DNA of 57,755 nucleotides, counting the filler, from Sphacelaria rigidula (taxonomy: Eukaryota), in the NCBI GenBank assembly GCA_964200075.2. It is 5 parts of 5 records of this genome, joined end to end, with 100 filler letters (N's around TTAATTAATTAA, not from the genome) between each part and the next. Parts side by side here need not be neighbours in the genome. Positions count along the whole stretch, not along the records: positions 1 to 11,472 come from CAXNAA020004885.1; positions 11,573 to 23,044 come from CAXNAA020004886.1; 3 more parts are not named here. The stretch is one strand, 5' to 3'. Each line of letters opens with the position of its first letter. Within the stretch, counting starts at the first letter, position 1. The translations under genes and the position numbers were made by a program. The notes beneath the pieces are model-generated. The model was not told the origin of the DNA and made no database searches. It saw only the letters and a list, made by a program, of their open reading frames with translations. This document shows, piece by piece, positions 1 through 13,134 of this stretch.

Positions 1-70
1 TGTAGGGATGCGAGGTCAATGGTCTGATGACTATGGCATGCATGATCATGAGTACATCCCCCTCCCCCCC
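1..70 (+). repeat. Copy of the poly-C-linked interspersed repeat core (GGGATGCGnGGTCAATGGTC...ATGAGTACA-polyC)
   Basis: Close matches at 11599-11660, 34555-34615 and 55458-55520, more diverged matches at 46088-46145 and 34763-34810, and a reverse copy at 40265-40320. Confidence 0.85.
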
Positions 71-115
71 TCTCCCCGTGCGCGCGGAACTTGTCCGGGA
101 GTGACCGATATTTAG

Positions 116-1996
116 ACCATCGAGGACACACACGCGTGCTACGACGCTGCCATCACGATGGTATTGGAACACATAGCCAGGGGAAACCGCGCGGAAGTTA
201 TGATTGCTACACACAACCAGGTGGGCATGGAGAGGAAGACGGCGCTTCGATAAATCTACGGGAGCGCCTAACCTAGATTCACAGGAAGAGTTACTTTGAT
301 TGAGATGTGTGCGGTGATATACTGTTGCGCCGATTGATGATTGATGCATGCAAGGAGTGGTACCCTGGAGGCATCTCTTACATGTGATGCTGCAAGTCCT
401 TTTTTTAAGGTCAGGGAAGGGCGGGAGAAGAGGCTGTGCTATGTCACGTGCTGTTCGAGTATGTTCTTGTTGTGCTTACTTTGTGCTGTGCTGCAAGTTT
501 TTGTAAACCACCCGCAACTCGAGGACAAGCATCCCCATTGTTTAGCTTAAACTGTCGATGATTCGCCAGTAGCATGGAAGCAATAAATTGTATGAACATT
601 AGAACTCGCGTCTCACTCCAGAATTTCCCGTTGGATTGGTCCCAAAGAAAACCGGGTTCTGCACAACCGATTAAAAAAAAACAGAACCGCAAATTAGTGT
701 TGCATTCGTTTCATTCTCGATAACCGCGGCATTTTTCTCGTTGGCGGTAAGAGCAAGGTTGCCACACAATTTTAGTCCCAAGCTTTACGTTAATGCAATC
801 TGCTCCATCGGTGAAATCGTAGGTCATCTGGCAGCGAATGAGAAGCGATAGGGTTTGCGTTTCATACACATCCATAACATCGAACAGGCAAGTATCGAGC
901 ACGCGATACGGTCGATGCAGAAGCTGAACATACCACGAGAGTCTGGAGTTTCGTTCGGGCAACTACTGGGCATGGCTGATAACATCACTTTCCCCCTTGG
1001 GACTCGCGGCTACAAGGTGTGCGTATATATGTATGTGTTGTATGCGTTGTATGTGCATGCACATGCGTGAGTTTGCACAACCTTGAAGTTAGGTGAACGT
1101 GCCGTAGTGTATGAAGAACGTCCTAAGCAGGTTTATGGGAGGAAATGAGAGAAGGGTGCCGCAGAGAGTGCCACATCTGCTAGCGTGCCATCACGAGAGA
1201 AGCGCGGACTCAGACGCAAAATGCCTTCATTTGTTCGGCATCAGCATTTTTATTTATTCGAGCGGTGTGTGGTATCTTGCGCGACCAAGAGGAACCATCG
1301 CAACATAAGAGACTACTATAGACATATGTGTTCACCGTCCCCATCGCCTGCTTAATCCGCGGCACGTGCACTTGGGTGCGTCATGTAGGGTGCCACTCTT
1401 CAAATACCGATAGCGTGGTGCTCACTACACGACATGATCGATCATGATACCGATGATCGTGCACGAGCATGCGGTTGGTAACCCCTCCCCTCCCCCTCTG
1501 TGCTGGTGAGCACCCCCGACTGGTTGTTTTGAGTGGACACGGTTCAGCTCGGTCTACTGTTGATTACTCCTCACTCTTACTTTTATTTTGTGTTGAGTTA
1601 TGTATTTGTCCAGGCGTCAAAACTTTCACTGACATCGCATTTCACGTATCAACTCCTGAAAAGCAAGCTGTTACGCAACAGCCTGTTCTGCTGGCTGTAA
1701 GTAATGCTGAGTAGCTTGCTAGACGTGTCGTCTCCCGTTCCTTAGCGGTACCTGACGCCCCGTCACACGAACACGACGCTATTTGACACAGTGACTCGAT
1801 TATTGTTGTTACTCAGGCGTACAAATACATCCCGTACGGCAAGGTGGGGGAAACGATCCCTTACCTCCTAAGGAGGGCCCAGGAGAACAGTGACATGCTT
1901 GGCGGGGCGAAGCATGAGCGCGGTCTACTTCTCAAAGAGATACGTAGACGGTTTACCTCCCGTCACCGCTCAAAAGCAAAGGTGCAAGTGTGTTGA
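116..1996 (+). CDS. PRODH: Proline dehydrogenase, last three exons (116-220, 888-1016, 1817-1996); 5' part is off the contig
   Basis: AG/GT-bounded phase-0 exons join to TIEDTHACYD...VMIATHNQ|ASIEHA...VSFGQLLGMADNITFPLGTRGYK|AYKYIPYGKVGETIPYLLRRAQENSDML...VC*. These carry the ATHN, FGQLLGM and KYxPYG..YLxRRAxEN motifs of proline dehydrogenases. Confidence 0.95.
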
Positions 1997-3049
1997 GTTA
2001 ATCCAACTACTCCACGGCACGCGAATTCGAAACGAGTGGTTTCCAGTGTAGTATTTTTGTTTGCCGTTGGATGCAGCAGCGCCTTAAGCACAATGCGCAA
2101 GACGCGCAGGGAGCAGTTGTCTTATCCAGCGTTCTCTAGCGATCTCTTGTAAAAGTAGATCGTCGTTGCTTTTGCTCTACTGCTCCATCTTCGTAGCAAC
2201 GTCCCAGCTTATACGGTGTGCTGTTGAGGTGCTGAATTTTGCCCGTGTCATGAGGGGCGGGGGGTAAGCAGCGTAAGACATCCAAACAGGAAAGGGAAGC
2301 GGTGCTTTCTATTTCCGCGTCGGTCACCTTGTATTGTACTGTAGGGGACGTAGCTCATCAGCTACTTTTTTTTGCGACTCACTGGATGTTTTTGTGAAAG
2401 TGTATCGATCAAGAAGAAAAGTTGCCTGCACTGTTTCCTCCTCTCAAGTATGCTGATTTGATCTGTACGTGCTTGTGTTGTTGTGATTGGGCGGGAGGAG
2501 GCGGTGCTCAGTGCTCGGCATCTGGGCTCGGAAGCCTGTGCTGTGTCTGTATTCGTGTACGTGGTGAATATTTGTGTGTTGTCCCCGCGTGTGTAGGCAG
2601 TAATTATCGTAATTTGCGCGACAAGCAAACAGTAACTAAGGTGGGGTCATTTGACAAGGTGTAGAACACGCCACTCACTTGCCCCTGTGCAGCAACATAA
2701 CTATCACGTATCCTTGTAGTAGTGTCTACGCGGCTGTACAGTGTATATTTGACCCCTATTCAAAAACCTCTGTTGATCCTACGGGGTATATGTAGCGTGT
2801 GTTTCTGCAGTGAATATTTGTAATTTATGCTTGCAAAACGATGTTGTTGTGAGTCGATCCTTCGAATCCGATTCGATTGAGTTCCCCCACCTGCTCGCTC
2901 TCGAATTCGGGAAAGTTCCTGGAATCTCCGTGTAGGCTACTGGAGCGTGGTTTGTGTCGGTGTGTATGTTTGGGGTTTTGTATATAGGGGATATAGGGTG
3001 TATGGAAGACAGTATTGTAACGACTGGTGGGTGTAAGCGAATTCACTGT

Positions 3050-3397
3050 GTGTGTTGAGTGTTGACGTCCCATCTATATTCTGGACGCCGGTCTACACCT
3101 TTCGATACATGTGGACGCACCAGCCGGGGTCACACAGGAGGAAGGCCAAACACAGGAGCTTTTTCGCTTTTGTTTGTTTTCAGTTTTGCGGTGCTTGTTT
3201 TTTTTTTATCGCGAGAGGGGTTCAGCAGTCCCTTTCACTCGTCGACCGTTGAGTCGAATTTTCGTCCCGAGGACATGGTCGCTTTCCACTGTTGGGCGTT
3301 GTGTTGAAAAATATCCGAGATCGCTCCGAGATTTGAACCCACGACCCAATCGTCACCAGGTTTCGAGGTTACCAACTGAGCCACCGGGGCGACCGGC
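3050..3397 (-). mobile_element. Full-length tRNA-derived SINE
   Basis: The minus strand begins GCCGGTCGCCCCGG-TGGCTCAGTTGG (A box, 3372-3383) and has GGTTCAAATC (B box, 3330-3339). A body shared with four other copies follows, then a (CA)-rich tail. Confidence 0.85.
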
Positions 3398-3833
3398 TTT
3401 GTACTGTATGGTAAACTACAGTAATGCGTTGACAACGTCCCCGTGCTCCACTACTCCATGCATTCAAAGTGCACTAAAGGTGGGTGGAAATAGCCCACCA
3501 GGTGGTGGTGGCGAGTATAAATAGGCTTCGTGTCCTCCGTATGCCGAAGGTTTTCTCGGCAGTTTTGATCGATTAATGGGCCAAATAGTGTGAAAAACGA
3601 GATTGAAACAATACCAGGGAGACTAAACACACCGTACTTCAGCATAGCGTGACTCAGTTGATGAAGCAAAAAAAAGTCCCGACAATAATAGCTGTGTAAC
3701 ACAGAAGAACATATCCAAGTGCACACGCTGGAGGCGCTGCAAGTATTCAATGGGCCTGTGGTGGGGCCATGAAAACAGCACGCGCTATTGAAATGAGGAG
3801 GGCAAACCGAAGATCCACGAGCTCATGGGTGTG

Positions 3834-6800
3834 CTAATAAATTCTCCTTCGCAACCCCCGCCCTCGAGCATTGCTCGTAATTCGAATACTAGCACTACGA
3901 CCAAGAGTCTGAACGGAAACGTGCCTCGGAATAGCTGTTGTGGCCTCGTCAGCCAACAACCATCCTCCACCACCAACCATACATCGTTTACTGCCACCCG
4001 TGGTCACCGTCCCCGCGACTGCTGCCGTCCCAACCCCACCCCCGCCATTTACATTGAAAGGTGAAGACTTCATAAGCGCCGCTGTCGCCACCGCTGCATC
4101 TTTGTGATGCTTCCTTTTACCGCGGTCCAGTAACAAATCTTGCATCCGTGCTATTGTGTCCGGGGCAACGATGGGGGGTGTGTGGGCTCTGCCTATTACT
4201 ATTGAACCCGGGGGGGACTTCTTCTTATTCCAGCCTACCGGAAGCGGAGTCCTGCCTCCCGCCGGCACCAAGGCAGAGCCGTACAAACTGGATACTAAAG
4301 TGTTGCGGAACTTGGAGATATTGTTGCCGTCTTCGTTGTTTCTTGTCGATGGAGAATTGGGGATATTGGAGTGTCCCGAATAAATTTTTCTTCGTGACGG
4401 TAGCGGCAGAGGTGGAGGAGGAGGCGATGGTGGCGGCGGCGATGATAAAGGCGGCCCACGAGCTTGCCGCTCAGTCATCGCTGCTGATGGTGACTGCTGC
4501 CCGCCCTCCCTCACTGGATATCGAGACGAGGAAAAAAGACGTGATTCTTGTCGCTGCTGGCGCTGGTGCTGGTGTCGGACGGCAGCTGCTTCAGCACATG
4601 TTACCGCTGTCGTTGGCGATTGTCCTCTTCGTGTTTTGCTCGCCGACGCCACCGCTGTCGGCGCTGCGTCCACCGCTGCCGTCACTACCGGTGTCGCCAC
4701 TTTCTGTGTTGTCGGTTTTGGTTCCAGTCCTAGCACACGTGGCCAAAAGGCAGGGGCCACGGGCATGCCCATCTTGTACGTCAGGCCAATGTCACCGTGT
4801 TTGTGTTTGTCTCCTTCCCTGTCTCTGCCTATAATGGAAAATTTCTGTCGATATTGTTCCCAGCGGCGGCGGCGGCGGGCCGGAGAGCGACAGGGGCAGA
4901 ACATTATGCAAAACGAGAAGGAAGCGGAATAACTGTCAATTCAGGGCGACAAGAATTACCAGCAATAGTGATCGGTGTATGCTGAGATGCACGGTGTCGC
5001 GTGAAGGGGTGGGTGGGAAGAGGAGCAGCCGTTTGCTCGGAATTCTGAGTTGACCCTCCACGGCCTTCAGCTTTTCAACACGTGGTCGTTTTTGCGTCAT
5101 TCGTCATAGCCCGTACGTGAAGTACAATTACGAGGATTGTAATCTCCTGGATAGCGTTTCGAGAGATAACCGTCATTTCCTTGTATCGTATGCCGATTCT
5201 GTAATCCCTCGCACATGGTTCGAAGGACACGAGTTCCTCATGAGTTTACATACCATCAAAGGGAACTTGGAGAGAGTGATTTTCAAATATCTTCTTCTCG
5301 CTAAAAATACAAAATACCAGCGACATGGAAATCGCGGCGAAGGTAACAGTCGACGAGAGTCAGGTAGACAATCTGCAGCCGTACCTTATTCTGAGTTGGG
5401 CGCGAATAGCGGCTGCACTCAGAAAAACCCGTCCCCGGTCTCCTGTCCGCTCCACTCCCCGCAGTTACAAAAACAAGTTCCTCGTCCGGAGAGCCGGCGT
5501 CATCACCCGCCCCGTTGTCTTTCTCTCGCTGTGGCAACGGCAGTTGCTCATGCCCTCTGCTACACCTACGGAACGTCTGCACATATTGTTGTGCAGGTGT
5601 CCCGTATCGCGCGAATGTTCCGTCCATTCCAGCCGCCTCCACGCGAACTCGTGTTGCCGCCTGCGCCGACCTCGGCCTAGCTCGCTGTGCATCGTTGCCA
5701 CCGGCGGGGGTGCGACCGTGAGAGCGATACTCCCTTGCGCTACTAGGACGTTTTCTCCCGCCGTTGCCACCACCGCCGGAAGACATGTCACCCGATTGCT
5801 CCCACAATACTGCTCCCCAGGGCGACGGGTTGATTGCTAGCCCGCGCGGTGAGCCACCACCCCTTCTCATGGTCGACAGTTGTACTTCCGATGCTTCCAC
5901 AGTTTTATCCTTGTTAGTGACGTTACGTTGTGCCCTTTTACTGTTTTGGGTTCCCAGGAGGCCTATCCACTTTGAATTGTCGCCTTTCCTTCTCTCGCGC
6001 CAACCGGAAGTTCCATTTTTTGCCCCGTGTGATGAATTTCTTCGATTAGTGCGCGAGCCGGTTATGATCTTCGCTTTCCTGCTTACTGTTGTTGCTGCGA
6101 CCGCGACTGCGACCGCCACCTCCGTTGTCCCCGGCGCTTCCGTCGCTATTCTTCTCTCGGGTAATGCATCGTGTGGTTTGCTTGCGGGTTGGCGCTCTTC
6201 GGTAGTTCGAATAAGGTGTCCTTGGTCGGCCTTTCTGCTTCGCCAGCGGATGCCGGCCGCCGACATTTCATCATTTCCGTCAAACCACGTTCGATCTATC
6301 GGCTTTCTCTGAGCCAGAGTCGGCACTAATCCAATCCCCGATTTCGCCGCCCCCACCACTGTCACTCCTGCTACTGGGGGTGAGCCCCGTTCATGCTTGG
6401 CCCGATTTGCATTCGTCCCGACGGTATTTCTGAGCAAATGCGTCTGTGCGGAAGCGGGGGCGACAGAGTGAGGGTTGGGGTTGGTGGGTGATGTTGCTTT
6501 TCGTCCATCGCTGTTGTTGGGGTGGCTGAGATCGCCCCGTGTACGTTTCGATGCTCTCCGATGTCCCGCCGATGGTGGACGGCCGCCGGTGTTTCTCGAA
6601 TCTGACAGGTGTTTTCCTGCTGGTGAGGATGTATATCGATAGCCAGAGCATCGGCATATGGCCCAATACATCGATCAGCATGTCACAGTATCAGGGTGTG
6701 CCAACTTATATGTTGTGATAGTGACGTGACCCGCAAAAATGCCTTGTTTCGTATCATACAACTGTAATACCGATCTTTGGGTCTGATATGAATTCCTACC

Positions 6801-7818
6801 TGCTGGTGTTGCACGCATACGCTGCACTCGGAGGTTTGAAATAGCCAGGCGCGCCGTCACGGATCGAACTGGAGCACTTGACGGTCGTACCCTCGGCCGA
6901 TGCCTGATTCGTTTTACCACGAAAGGGAAAGTATGAAGGTGGTTATTGTCCAAAAAAACAAAATCATGAAGGCGGCTGACATTCGGTTTCACGGGCCTTC
7001 AATGCAACCAAGCAAGACTCGACAAGCCTAGTCCCCCCCCCCTCCCCTTGGTTTCCACCAGATAAGCGAGAAGGACAGACCATCGGTGATTGCTGTTTTA
7101 AGATTAAAACGATTCTCAGGGACTATTAGTCAAAAGTCCAACAGCTAAGACTCGGAAAACATTAGTGACACCCCCCCCTCCCCCACGGTCGGTATAACCC
7201 GTGTTGAGGCAACAAGTTGACAGAGTCACTGAAACAAACCAAGATTATACCCTCCGCACCCATGTATTTCATTTGTGCCTTTTCTGCGGCTCTAGACCAC
7301 ACTACTACTATATTGCTACCACGGCACTGCTGCTACTACGACTGCTGGAACCACCACAACCTACGACTGCTGGAAACACCACTCCCACTACCACTAATTA
7401 CAACGCCAAAAATAACACTACAACTGTCGGCGGACCCCAAGACCGTTGTCCCAGCCGCCTTTTTCGCCGCGGTCCTCACGAAGAAACACTGACGGGGTCG
7501 CGGGACCACAGGAGCCCCGCCAAGGCTCCCGTCGCCGCCGACTTCACCCCCCGTCCCGCCGCTACCGCCGCTGCTGCTGTATGCTACTTCGTCTAGCACG
7601 TAAGCTGCTGCATAGGCTGACGCGTCCGTTGAGTGCTCGCCGGGGTGCTGCGCACTGCGCGCGCTTCTCGGGCGAAGGCGCAGCGCCGACGAACCGAGGG
7701 AGGTGTGATCGGCCGGCGCGGCGATCATCGACTTTTTTGAGTATGTTGCGCGCATGTAGGACGGCGTCGCGCTCCGGGGTCGAGGTTTGGGCCTGCCAGT
7801 TGTTCGGTGACGTCCCAA
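3834..7818 (-). CDS. Putative multi-exon gene for a long, basic, low-complexity (disordered) protein; exon limits uncertain
   Basis: Three long same-strand ORFs (7336-7818, 5301-6671, 3834-4904) with GC-rich coding-like composition and a PSYMRATxS motif. No domain recognised. Confidence 0.5.
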
Positions 7819-8604
7819 TCAGTGTACAGCCATGAGATGGTGGGAGCAAGATATCCCCCCAAGGGCGGCATGGCGCCATTTCATTCTGAAGGCATTCCAA
7901 CATTACCGCTCGTATTATGATCTAACCCAGGGCAGCCATTGAACTTGCAGGTATAATGTATTTGGTTTTACTGTAGAAAAGGCGTGCAGTTTACAATAGT
8001 ACTGTGAGTAGTACTTTTTTTCTTTGTCCTACTCCATCTGAGTTCCTAGGGGTTCCATGTGTTTCGTACCGAACAGTCAGGCGAGTATATCATGAACATT
8101 CAAATTACACAACAATACATGAAGTTAAAGCTTGACTCGTGCAGGACTGCGACCGAACTTCTGATAACCCTTCCTTCTACTGGTAATCCTCGTACGGTCA
8201 AGATATGGACATCAATGCAGCACACTGCAGGTAAGGTCGAAGACAGAAATACACCTTTGGAAGTGTTGAATTGCCGGCAAAGCACAACTCTTCCAGATCA
8301 CTTCCAAATTCAGCACGAGTCAGATGGTAGCTATGCAACCTGTCTGGATTACTGGGAAAGATCGACAAGCCGTCCTGATGTCACTCACAACTTGCCTTAT
8401 TTTCTCTGCAGTGACGTGGGAAGGCATATACGGTACGCGAACCGTCGCGGAAGCCGGCCGCTGTCGAATCAAGGACGTCTCGCCCGCCCTGCGCCATGGG
8501 ATTTCCCTATTTGGCCGCGCGATGAGTGTTGCAAGATAGAGGAAAAGAAGGTGGCGTTGTTGTATGTTTCACCCCTGTCACTGCGCGACGAATCGGCAAA
8601 CGCT

Positions 8605-9750
8605 TGTCGGGAAAAGCAGTACAGAGATAGAAAAAATGGAAGTGTAGTCGAGACGACGCGATATGCATGCAAGATCACAACACGCTCGAGGCGTGCCAAC
8701 CCCGCCCCGAGCGTTCAGCGGAGAAAGACGGCACGCTCCTGTTTTATACCTTTTCTGATTATCAACTGAACCTGATGCCGTTTCTAATTTTGAGTGAAAA
8801 TAATGTCGATTCCAAAATTGATTTCGTTTGCCTCGTTTCTAGACCAACGAGGAACATAGGTATCCCAGTGACAGAGGCTCATGCAAAGGCTTGGCACATG
8901 ACAAAACAACTCAGCACAGTCAAGTCAGAGGTGAACGCGGAGAACTCATTCCTCCGCAAACCAAAAATACACAGCTTGATCCGTAGTTGCTCATGAGCTG
9001 AGTTGCGCATGACCTTGCACAAATCTGTCAATTCAATAAGAAACGATGATTTGTGTGTGAAACCCGCGCGAACTAGTGATGGTTGTGTACGCTACGCGTC
9101 GCACAGGAGGAAGGCTAACACAGCACTTTTTTTCTCGTTTGTTTGTTTTAGTTCTCTACCTTCCTTCTTCTGCGATGCTTTTCTTATTTTGCATCGCGAG
9201 AGAGTTCGGCTGCCCCCTTCCCTCGTCGACCGTGAAGTCGAATTTTGTTTACGCACGACATGGTCGCTCTCCACTGTTGGGCATGGTGTGAGATAAAATC
9301 CCAAATCGTGTGAGGGCACCGAGATCGGAACCCACAACTCAACCGCCAGAAGGTTTCGAGGTTGCCAACTGAGCCACCGGGGCGACCGACTGCTGACTCA
9401 AATCTAAAAAAAGTAGAAGCCGTTGTTTCTAGCGCTTCATCGTGAAAAAATCGCACATACGGTAGAGTAGCAGTAGCAGCAGCAGCAGCAGCAACATCTA
9501 CAATAGCAGTCCAGAGACAGTAAAAAGGAAGTACAGTCGAGACGATGCGACATGCGGGCAACATCACAACATGCTCAAGGTGTGCCCCGACAGTTGAACG
9601 AAGAGCGATGGCACGTTGCCGTTTCGTACCCTTCCGATTCAATCGAGCACGATGCCGATTCAATTTCAAGTGAAAACGACGCTGGTTTCACGAATGAATG
9701 TGGCCTGTGTGCGATCGAGAGGTGGCATCTCCGACGGTCAACGGGTCCAC
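8605..9750 (+). repeat. Old interspersed repeat: diverged copies at ~8605-9070 and ~9500-9750, with a reverse copy at ~12060-12270
   Basis: Alignable blocks, e.g. AGCAGTACAGAGA..AGTCGAGACGACGCGATATGC..ATCACAACACGCTCGAGG vs AGCAGTCCAGAGA..AGTCGAGACGATGCGACATGC..ATCACAACATGCTCAAGG. AGAAAnGATGATTTGTGTG is shared with rc(12080-12100). Confidence 0.65.
9098..9390 (-). mobile_element. tRNA-derived SINE copy, 3'-truncated
   Basis: A box TGGCTCAGTTGG, B-box-like GGTTCCGATC, and a body homologous to 3050-3397. Confidence 0.8.
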
Positions 9751-11472
9751 CGAGACGCCAACGAGGAGATGCATCAAACGGAACGCATTGCAGAATACAG
9801 CGCGGAACGCGTTTGTACTCCAAACCCAAGCAAAACAGAATTGACTTCACTGTCCAGCGAGATGCACGCGAAATATCTCGGGAGAGGGGTCTCAGCGAAA
9901 AACGTGTACTCTGAAATCAAGTAAAGACGAAAAGCTGGCCTGTGGGAGCTGGAGAGCGAAATAACACCTGTCTGCAGGAAGATATTTGAGCCGAGTTGTA
10001 GGTGATATAACTTGTACAAGGTTTTTGGCGCTTCGCGCCACCGCTCAATGGAGCGCTTTCCAAGGCAAAGGATGATGTGTAGTGTTCGGCGCTGAAACCT
10101 ATGATTCGTAGATAATTTCATATCTCAGGGAAACAATGGGATCCTAGAAAGAGGATGTGTGTAGGTTAGCGATCGCACAGCGGGCGTAGAACTGCTCGTG
10201 CAAGCGAGATAGGATAACCTGCCCACGAGAAGGATGAACCTCATTCAGGTACAAAAGTTACCTACCAGCAGGGCTCCGCGCCCGCGGGGTAACCTGTGCA
10301 TTGAAGTGCGCAACTTGTCCGTGGCCTTTCCGACTGCCTCGCCCTTTCATAGGGAGGTCACGAAAACGATGTTGACTGTAGCTTGGACCGCCATACACGT
10401 GCAGGCAATATCATCTTGTCGTTTACTTTGTGGGGTCGTCGCTTGGCATGGGAGCAAGGGATGGGTAAATCGTATGAAGCCGCTTGCTGTTGTGCATCGA
10501 CTAATCTCTCCAAAAAAGCCTGTTGTGATTTTTCAGTGCCCACTTTTGCCTTCATGAATGGTTCGGCAGATTATGCCACCTCATAAAGAATTGGTAATGT
10601 ATTCTCTGGGAGGATTGTAGCCCACTTGTTTCTAACTTTCGTGCGCCCATTTTGACTTTTGGCCGGATTAATAATAATTTGTCGACCAGTCTACAAAAAG
10701 GGTTTCGCAAGTGACCTAAAAACGTTCTCTGTGAGAGACCTCAAAGTTTTTTCTGGACCGTGTACCGTTTGAAAAAGCATTCGTCTGGCTAAAAATCAAA
10801 GTAGACGTTTGAAAAAATCGGAAAGGGCGCTGGAACCCTCTCGAAAAAGTACAGCAAGACTCGTCGAGGTGTACCAATCGGCAAAGCCTCGAACTAGTCG
10901 TACTCCTGTTGTACTCTGGGGAAAATTGGCACTGAATCGCCTGACAAAATATGGACTAGTACTACGTACGGTTTTGGATAATCTCTGTTCATATCCCTGA
11001 CAAAACTTCATTTGAATTTTCACGCGACGATTTTGTTACCCGTTTTTGCCACACATCAAGTGCATCTCCATACAGTTCGTAGTTCTTGTATCACGAGTGT
11101 TTCTTCATACCAAAAACGCGATACACATTCCGCAACAGCACCAAACACTTAGATAAACGGTCAAAAACATCTGAAACGGGGGCAAACGCCACCACCAAAT
11201 AGAAATTCCGTAAAACATTTGCTCCATCTGTAGAGGAAAATCCACGCCAGTGTCACAACGAGTAACAGTAGATCGATCTATCCTCCCTGTTGCCCATATC
11301 GAACCTTTGACCGCGAGCATAGATAGTTCATGTGCTTAACCCTTTTTGGACCGACCCCCCCACTAACTCAGGGTTGACCCTGTGTAAGTGAAATAATTAA
11401 AAATAAGTATTCGAGCGACCTGCCCAATCACGGCGAGGCGAAATTTATCGACCAGACCCGAAAGACCAACGC

Positions 11473-11572
11473 NNNNNNNNNNNNNNNNNNNNNNNNNNNN
11501 NNNNNNNNNNNNNNNNTTAATTAATTAANNNNNNNNNNNNNNNNNNNNNNNNNNNNNNNNNNNNNNNNNNNN
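11473..11572. other. Artificial contig linker
   Basis: N44-TTAATTAATTAA-N44 (stops in all six frames). Confidence 0.98.
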
Positions 11573-11660
11573 AAACCCGGCGTGCTCTGTCCCGGCATTG
11601 TAGGGATGCGGGGTCAATGGTCTGATGACTAAGGCATGCATGATCATGGGTACACCCCAC
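11573..11660 (+). repeat. Poly-C-linked repeat at the start of contig 2
   Basis: Near-identical to 1-60; its upstream extension matches 34530-34555 and rc(23145-23170). Confidence 0.85.
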
Positions 11661-12410
11661 ACTTCTCCTTGTCCAAAATCCACCAAGACAGTAAAAAGCC
11701 CATTCCATCCCATCCACCACAGCCAAATATCAAACACTCCAGTTATGTTTATTTACACCATATTGAAGCCTAGATCTATACACGGGTTCAGAAATGTGCC
11801 GGTTATGAAAGTGGTCGTTAGTCCAACATCTCCGTAATGCTACAGACAAGACGCAACAAGGCAACACAACACCTGCACACCGACCTCCGAATAAACACGC
11901 ACAGGCACCCACCACTCACGCGCATTAGTTCCAGCGCTAGCCCCTGCTAATTTACACTCGGCAGTCTTAGTCTTTGACGGAAATCCGTTCTGTAGTGGAA
12001 GAATAGCGCCCGCGTGCGTGCCGAAAAAATCGAGAACGTGTCGCCGCAAACCGTTTGTGTGCGTGTGCTGTGCGCGCGTCTCACACAAATCATCATTTCT
12101 CATCGAATTCTACACATATATGAGCAAGGCAACGCACAGCGTGCTCAGCTGATGAGCAGCTGCGACTCTAGCTATCATGTGTTTTTGGTTTGCCTGGGTA
12201 CCAACTTCCTCAGGTTCATCTTGGATTGTGTTAGGTTATGTGGGAAGGCTTTGCATGCGCCTTTGTCGACGGGACATGTATGTTCCCCGTCGAGGTCTCC
12301 GCAAATTCCCTTTTCAAAAAGGAATCGGGTACACAGGTGTGTTCACACTCGAGCTGTATGACCTGCGTCCTATAAAAAGTGACCTGTCTGACGTATGTTT
12401 TTTTCCCCTC

Positions 12411-12665
12411 ACCATGCCTAAGAGTAGAGAGCGACTCTGTCGTGGGTACACAACGTTCGACTTCACGGTCGACGAGGGAAAGGGACCGCTGAACCCCTCT
12501 CGCGATATCAAATTAAGGCAAGCACCGCAAAAGGAAGGTATAATACTAAAATAAAATAAAGAAGAAATCTGTATTGGCTGTCCTCTTGTGTGCTCCCGAC
12601 TGATGCGCCCACGGACACCGAAAGGCGTAGGCTGGCGTCCAAAACAGATGGGACGTCAACACAGC
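12411..12665 (+). mobile_element. SINE copy lacking the tRNA head
   Basis: Body TTCGACTTCACGGTCGACGAGGGAAAGGGACC...CCGAAAGG..GGCGTCC..GATGGGACGTCAACAC matches rc(3050-3300). Confidence 0.8.
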
Positions 12666-12864
12666 AGCCGTTTTCGAAACGTCGGGGCTTTAGCAATGAC
12701 TTGGTTTGAGTCTTGACACCAGTACTTGGATCTTTAGAGGGGTTGACAGTCCTGGGCGCTTCCAAACGTGCTTAGGCGGATTCTTGGAAGGATATTATCC
12801 CCTTTTTCAAGAATGACCGCTGATTGGTCGCTGCAATACCACCCCCTCCCCCCAAGAAACGTGC

Positions 12865-13127
12865 CCATGCCAGATAGTGGAGAGCGACTACGTCGTGGGT
12901 ACACAAAATTCGACTCAACGGTCGATGAGGGAAATGATCTGCTGGACTCCTCTCGCGATAAAAAATAAAGGCAAGCACCGCTGAAGGAAGGTGGGATAAT
13001 AAGAACAAATAAAAAAAAAAAAGCTATTGTGCTGACGTTCCTCCTGTGTGACCCCGGCTGCTGCGCCCACATATACCCAAAGGTGTAGACCGGCGTCCAG
13101 AATAGATGGGATGATAACACACACACT
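12865..13127 (+). mobile_element. SINE copy lacking the tRNA head
   Basis: Same body and (AC)n tail as the other copies. Confidence 0.8.
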
Positions 13128-13134
13128 GAAGTGT

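Noticed and set aside
20-55. Hammerhead ribozyme or C/D box suggested by CTGATGA in the poly-C-linked repeat
   Set aside because: CTGATGA is not conserved in other copies (CATATGA, CAAACGA), and no GAAA core with flanking stems follows.
3320-3397. Genuine tRNA gene (also 9320-9390, 15385-15457)
   Set aside because: A and B boxes are present, but there is no complete cloverleaf, and two of the three heads are fused to a repeated SINE body.
5764-6312. Plus-strand membrane-protein-like ORF and similar antisense ORFs (4148-4834, 28779-29795)
   Set aside because: Shadow frames of GC-rich coding sequence on the opposite strand.
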